In this document: positions 25,399 through 27,536 of the stretch, one piece after another
Layout: every line of letters starts with the position of its first letter
How positions within the stretch are numbered: position 1 is the stretch's first letter
NCBI GenBank assembly: GCA_043808405.1
Contig: JAZDEX010000049.1
Coordinates: 1 to 27,536 of the forward strand
Length of the DNA stretch: 27,536 nt
Source of the DNA: Candidatus Omnitrophota bacterium
GTDB lineage: Bacteria; Omnitrophota; Gorgyraeia; Gygaellales; Profunditerraquicolaceae
Direction: 5' to 3'
Position numbers and translations under genes: made by a program
Notes under the pieces: generated by a model
What the model saw: the letters and a program-made list of their open reading frames with translations, nothing else
Told to the model about the DNA's origin: nothing
Databases searched by the model: none

Positions 25399-26448
25399 AT
25401 GGGTGCGAAAGTTGCAGTGTTTAAAGAGGCAAAGGCGCGTAATAAATTATATGAATCAATAAAAACTGTTATATGCCAGGCGCGGGCAACGGCGTATCAG
25501 GCGGTAAATACTAGTATGGTTATGGCCTATTGGAATATTGGAAGGATAATTGCTATAGAAGAGCAAAAAGGCAAATCAAGGGCGGGTTATGGCGAATACT
25601 TGATAAAAAATGTTTCGTTGCGCCTTACGCATGATTTCGGCAAAGGTTTTTCTGAACAGAGCGTTAGGAATATGCGGCAGTTTTATCGATTATTCCCGAT
25701 TCGCTCTACATTGTGGAGCGAATTGTCATGGTCGCATTATAAATTACTTATTAGGGTGGAAAATGACAGCGCCCGTCGGTTTTATGCGGAAGAGGCCATT
25801 AAGAGCCGCTGGAATGTGCGTGCTCTTGATCGGCAGATTTGTTCGCACTATCACGAAAGGCTTTTGTCGAGTCGCAATAAAGTTTCAGTTGTAAAAGAAG
25901 CCAGGGTGAAGACTCGTAAGATTTCCGAAAAGCCGGATGATTTTATAAAAGATCCTTATGTTCTTGAATTTTTGGATTTGCCTGAGAGTTCTGTCTTGCG
26001 TGAAAGTCGCTTTGAACAAGCCTTAATTGAGCATTTGCAAAAGTTTATTTTGGAACTGGGCCGGGGTTTTTCTTTTGTCGCGCGGCAGCAGCGTATTTCT
26101 ACAGAAAGTCAGCATTTCTTTGTGGATCTTGTTTTCTACAACTACCATTTAAAATGCTTTGTTTTAATTGATTTAAAAACCGGTAGCTTGACGCATCAAG
26201 ATATAGGCCAGATGGATATGTATGTGCGCCTTTTTGAAGCTAAAATGCGCGGCCTAAGCGATAATCCGACTATCGGCATTATTCTTTGCACGGAGAAAGA
26301 TGATACTATTGTGAAATATTCAGTGTTAAAAGATAACAAAAAACTATTCGCATCTAAATATAAATTATATTTGCCTAGCGAGAAAGAATTAAAAGAAGAA
26401 TTAGAGCGTGAACGATATGCCTTGAAATTATTGAGCAAAAATAGATAA
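25399..26448 (+). CDS. DUF1016 / YhcG-family PDDEXK nuclease-domain protein
   Basis: The C-terminal block ELGRGFSFVARQQRISTESQHFFVDLVFYNYHLKCFVLIDLKTGSLTHQDIGQMDMYV matches the YhcG/DUF1016 PD-(D/E)xK signature. The ATG at 25399 has AAAGGAGG 5 nt upstream. Confidence 0.75.
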   Translation: MGAKVAVFKEAKARNKLYESIKTVICQARATAYQAVNTSMVMAYWNIGRIIAIEEQKGKSRAGYGEYLIKNVSLRLTHDFGKGFSEQSVRNMRQFYRLFPIRSTLWSELSWSHYKLLIRVENDSARRFYAEEAIKSRWNVRALDRQICSHYHERLLSSRNKVSVVKEARVKTRKISEKPDDFIKDPYVLEFLDLPESSVLRESRFEQALIEHLQKFILELGRGFSFVARQQRISTESQHFFVDLVFYNYHLKCFVLIDLKTGSLTHQDIGQMDMYVRLFEAKMRGLSDNPTIGIILCTEKDDTIVKYSVLKDNKKLFASKYKLYLPSEKELKEELERERYALKLLSKNR

Positions 26449-26461
26449 GATTTAACTTCTA

Positions 26462-26489
26462 TTGACAAGATATCAGCGGCGAGTAAAAT
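26462..26489 (+). promoter_or_regulatory. sigma70-like promoter candidate (TTGACA-16-TAAAAT)
   Basis: TTGACA at 26462-26467 and TAAAAT at 26484-26489, roughly 25 nt upstream of the small ORF at 26514. Confidence 0.4.
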
Positions 26490-26513
26490 AAGCCATAAGC
26501 ATGGAGGCGTAAA

Positions 26514-26621
26514 ATGAGTTGGATACTTTTTGGGCAGATTGTGTTATTAATTATAATTTTTGTTTTTGTAAAGACTTTTGCTAAATGCATGCATGGTACT
26601 TTTTGTAAGAAGTGTAAATAA
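26514..26621 (+). CDS. small hydrophobic peptide (35 aa) with a C-terminal Cys cluster
   Basis: GGAGG SD 7 nt upstream. Translates to MSWILFGQIVLLIIIFVFVKTFAKCMHGTFCKKCK. Confidence 0.3.
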   Translation: MSWILFGQIVLLIIIFVFVKTFAKCMHGTFCKKCK

Positions 26622-26683
26622 GAGCAAGTTTTTTGTTTAGTTAAGTATAATATACCTACGGCTACAGAAAAGTAGCAAAAATT

Positions 26684-26818
26684 ATGCCTGATTGGAATCC
26701 GCCTGTTGAATGCCCTAAATGTAATAGTATAGATACGCGTTTTGTTGAGCCCGATGATGGGGCATTGGTTTATGAATGTAATATATGTGGCTGTCGTTTT
26801 GAGATAGAGGAAGATTGA
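26684..26818 (+). CDS. small zinc-ribbon protein (44 aa)
   Basis: Translates to MPDWNPPVECPKCNSIDTRFVEPDDGALVYECNICGCRFEIEED, with CPxC...CxxC motifs typical of a zinc ribbon. Weak SD. Confidence 0.35.
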   Translation: MPDWNPPVECPKCNSIDTRFVEPDDGALVYECNICGCRFEIEED

Positions 26819-26856
26819 TAGGTAAATTTTAAACTAAGGGGGCAGGAGGTTGTGAA

Positions 26857-27327
26857 ATGAGTAAAAAATGGTTAGTAGTTGGTTTAGTGGTTTCGGCGTT
26901 GTTGTTATTTTCAGTTTCGCTCTTTGCTCAGGAAGCTGCCGATATACAAAAATCAGGCGGCCCGAGTAAAATCGGCGAAGAACATGCAAAAATAAGTAAA
27001 TTGATTGTTTATCCTAAAGTCCTAAAAGACTGGGAGAATTTCACTGCGAAAGAATTGGAATCTATGCAAAAGGATGTAGATAAGGGGCAGCAGCCCTGGA
27101 GGGTATTTCCAGAGGATTATACTAATATATTTATGTCATTTTATTATAAGGCTATTAATTCACCAATGATAACCTCGAATAATACTGAAGAAATTAGAGG
27201 GAGTAAGGCCATAGTAAAGAAGACCTATGATCATAAGCAGCATACTTTTTTTCTACATAAAGCCTTTCCTTCCAACCAGCATAGTATCTGGGTTATTGAT
27301 AAAATGATTATTTCTTCTGCTAAATGA
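26857..27327 (+). CDS. secreted hypothetical protein (156 aa)
   Basis: SD GGAGG. Signal peptide MSKKWLVVGLVVSALLLFSVSLFAQEA. Confidence 0.55.
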   Translation: MSKKWLVVGLVVSALLLFSVSLFAQEAADIQKSGGPSKIGEEHAKISKLIVYPKVLKDWENFTAKELESMQKDVDKGQQPWRVFPEDYTNIFMSFYYKAINSPMITSNNTEEIRGSKAIVKKTYDHKQHTFFLHKAFPSNQHSIWVIDKMIISSAK

Positions 27328-27536
27328 TATTATAGTTTTAGAGAAGTATTCTTAGTAAATCGCGCTTTACAGCTATATAAAAAGCGGATATAATTACAGT
27401 ACTTTGTTAGTTTTCCAGTTTTTTCTTAAATCGTTCCGACTTAATGTTGTAAAGGCAAGCCGCAAGTTCTTTGTTCTTTGATAGCAGGAAGCTGGAATCA
27501 ATGATGATAAGTGAAGCAACAGCCTGTTTACATTCG

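Noticed and set aside
25610-25894. 94-aa + strand ORF in an alternative frame inside the DUF1016 gene
   Set aside because: Out of frame with a well-supported PDDEXK-family CDS. Cys/Arg-rich noise.
1-27536. CRISPR arrays, tRNA/rRNA genes, transposase/integrase genes
   Set aside because: No regularly spaced direct repeats, no tRNA-like cloverleaf with CCA/T-loop context, and no DDE/tyrosine recombinase motifs were found by eye. The only repeats are the two short dispersed families reported above.

Overview
This is a low-GC (roughly 40%) bacterial segment with nearly all genes on the + strand. It looks like an uncultivated-lineage genome, but I cannot place the taxon from sequence alone.

Genes I can recognise, in order:
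- a zeta-toxin/COG4185-type P-loop ATPase followed by a 50-aa ORF
- a flotillin (SPFH) protein
- a PlsC-type acyltransferase
- an RRM RNA-binding protein with a Lys/Trp-rich 'KPWxK' repeat tail
- ArfB (GGQ peptidyl-tRNA hydrolase)
- a membrane protein followed by a complete TolC-like / HlyD-like / MacB-like tripartite efflux operon
- a divergently transcribed Wzx-like flippase
- a standalone CheY-like receiver
- a PEBP/YbhB protein
- a SecY homologue in a non-canonical context with a C-terminal extension
- a DUF362 protein carrying a 2x[4Fe-4S] ferredoxin module
- a PNP/MTAN-superfamily nucleoside phosphorylase-like protein
- a spore-photoproduct-lyase (SplB)-family radical SAM protein with a long N-terminal extension
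- two adjacent PKD-domain secreted proteins (one 826 aa with 6-7 WDFGDG repeats)
- a lipoprotein trio including a BepA-like M48 peptidase with TPR repeats
- a truncated flavin-reductase fragment next to a DUF1016/YhcG PDDEXK-nuclease island with small zinc-ribbon and membrane peptides

Non-coding signals:
- a roughly 360-bp GC-rich, hairpin-dense island (596-960) that looks like an unassigned structured RNA
- a dispersed family of GGGGACG...CGTCCCC palindromic hairpins (5 copies, one inside a CDS in frame)
- a second short repeat present both intergenically and inside the PNP-like gene

No CRISPR array, tRNA or rRNA was seen.
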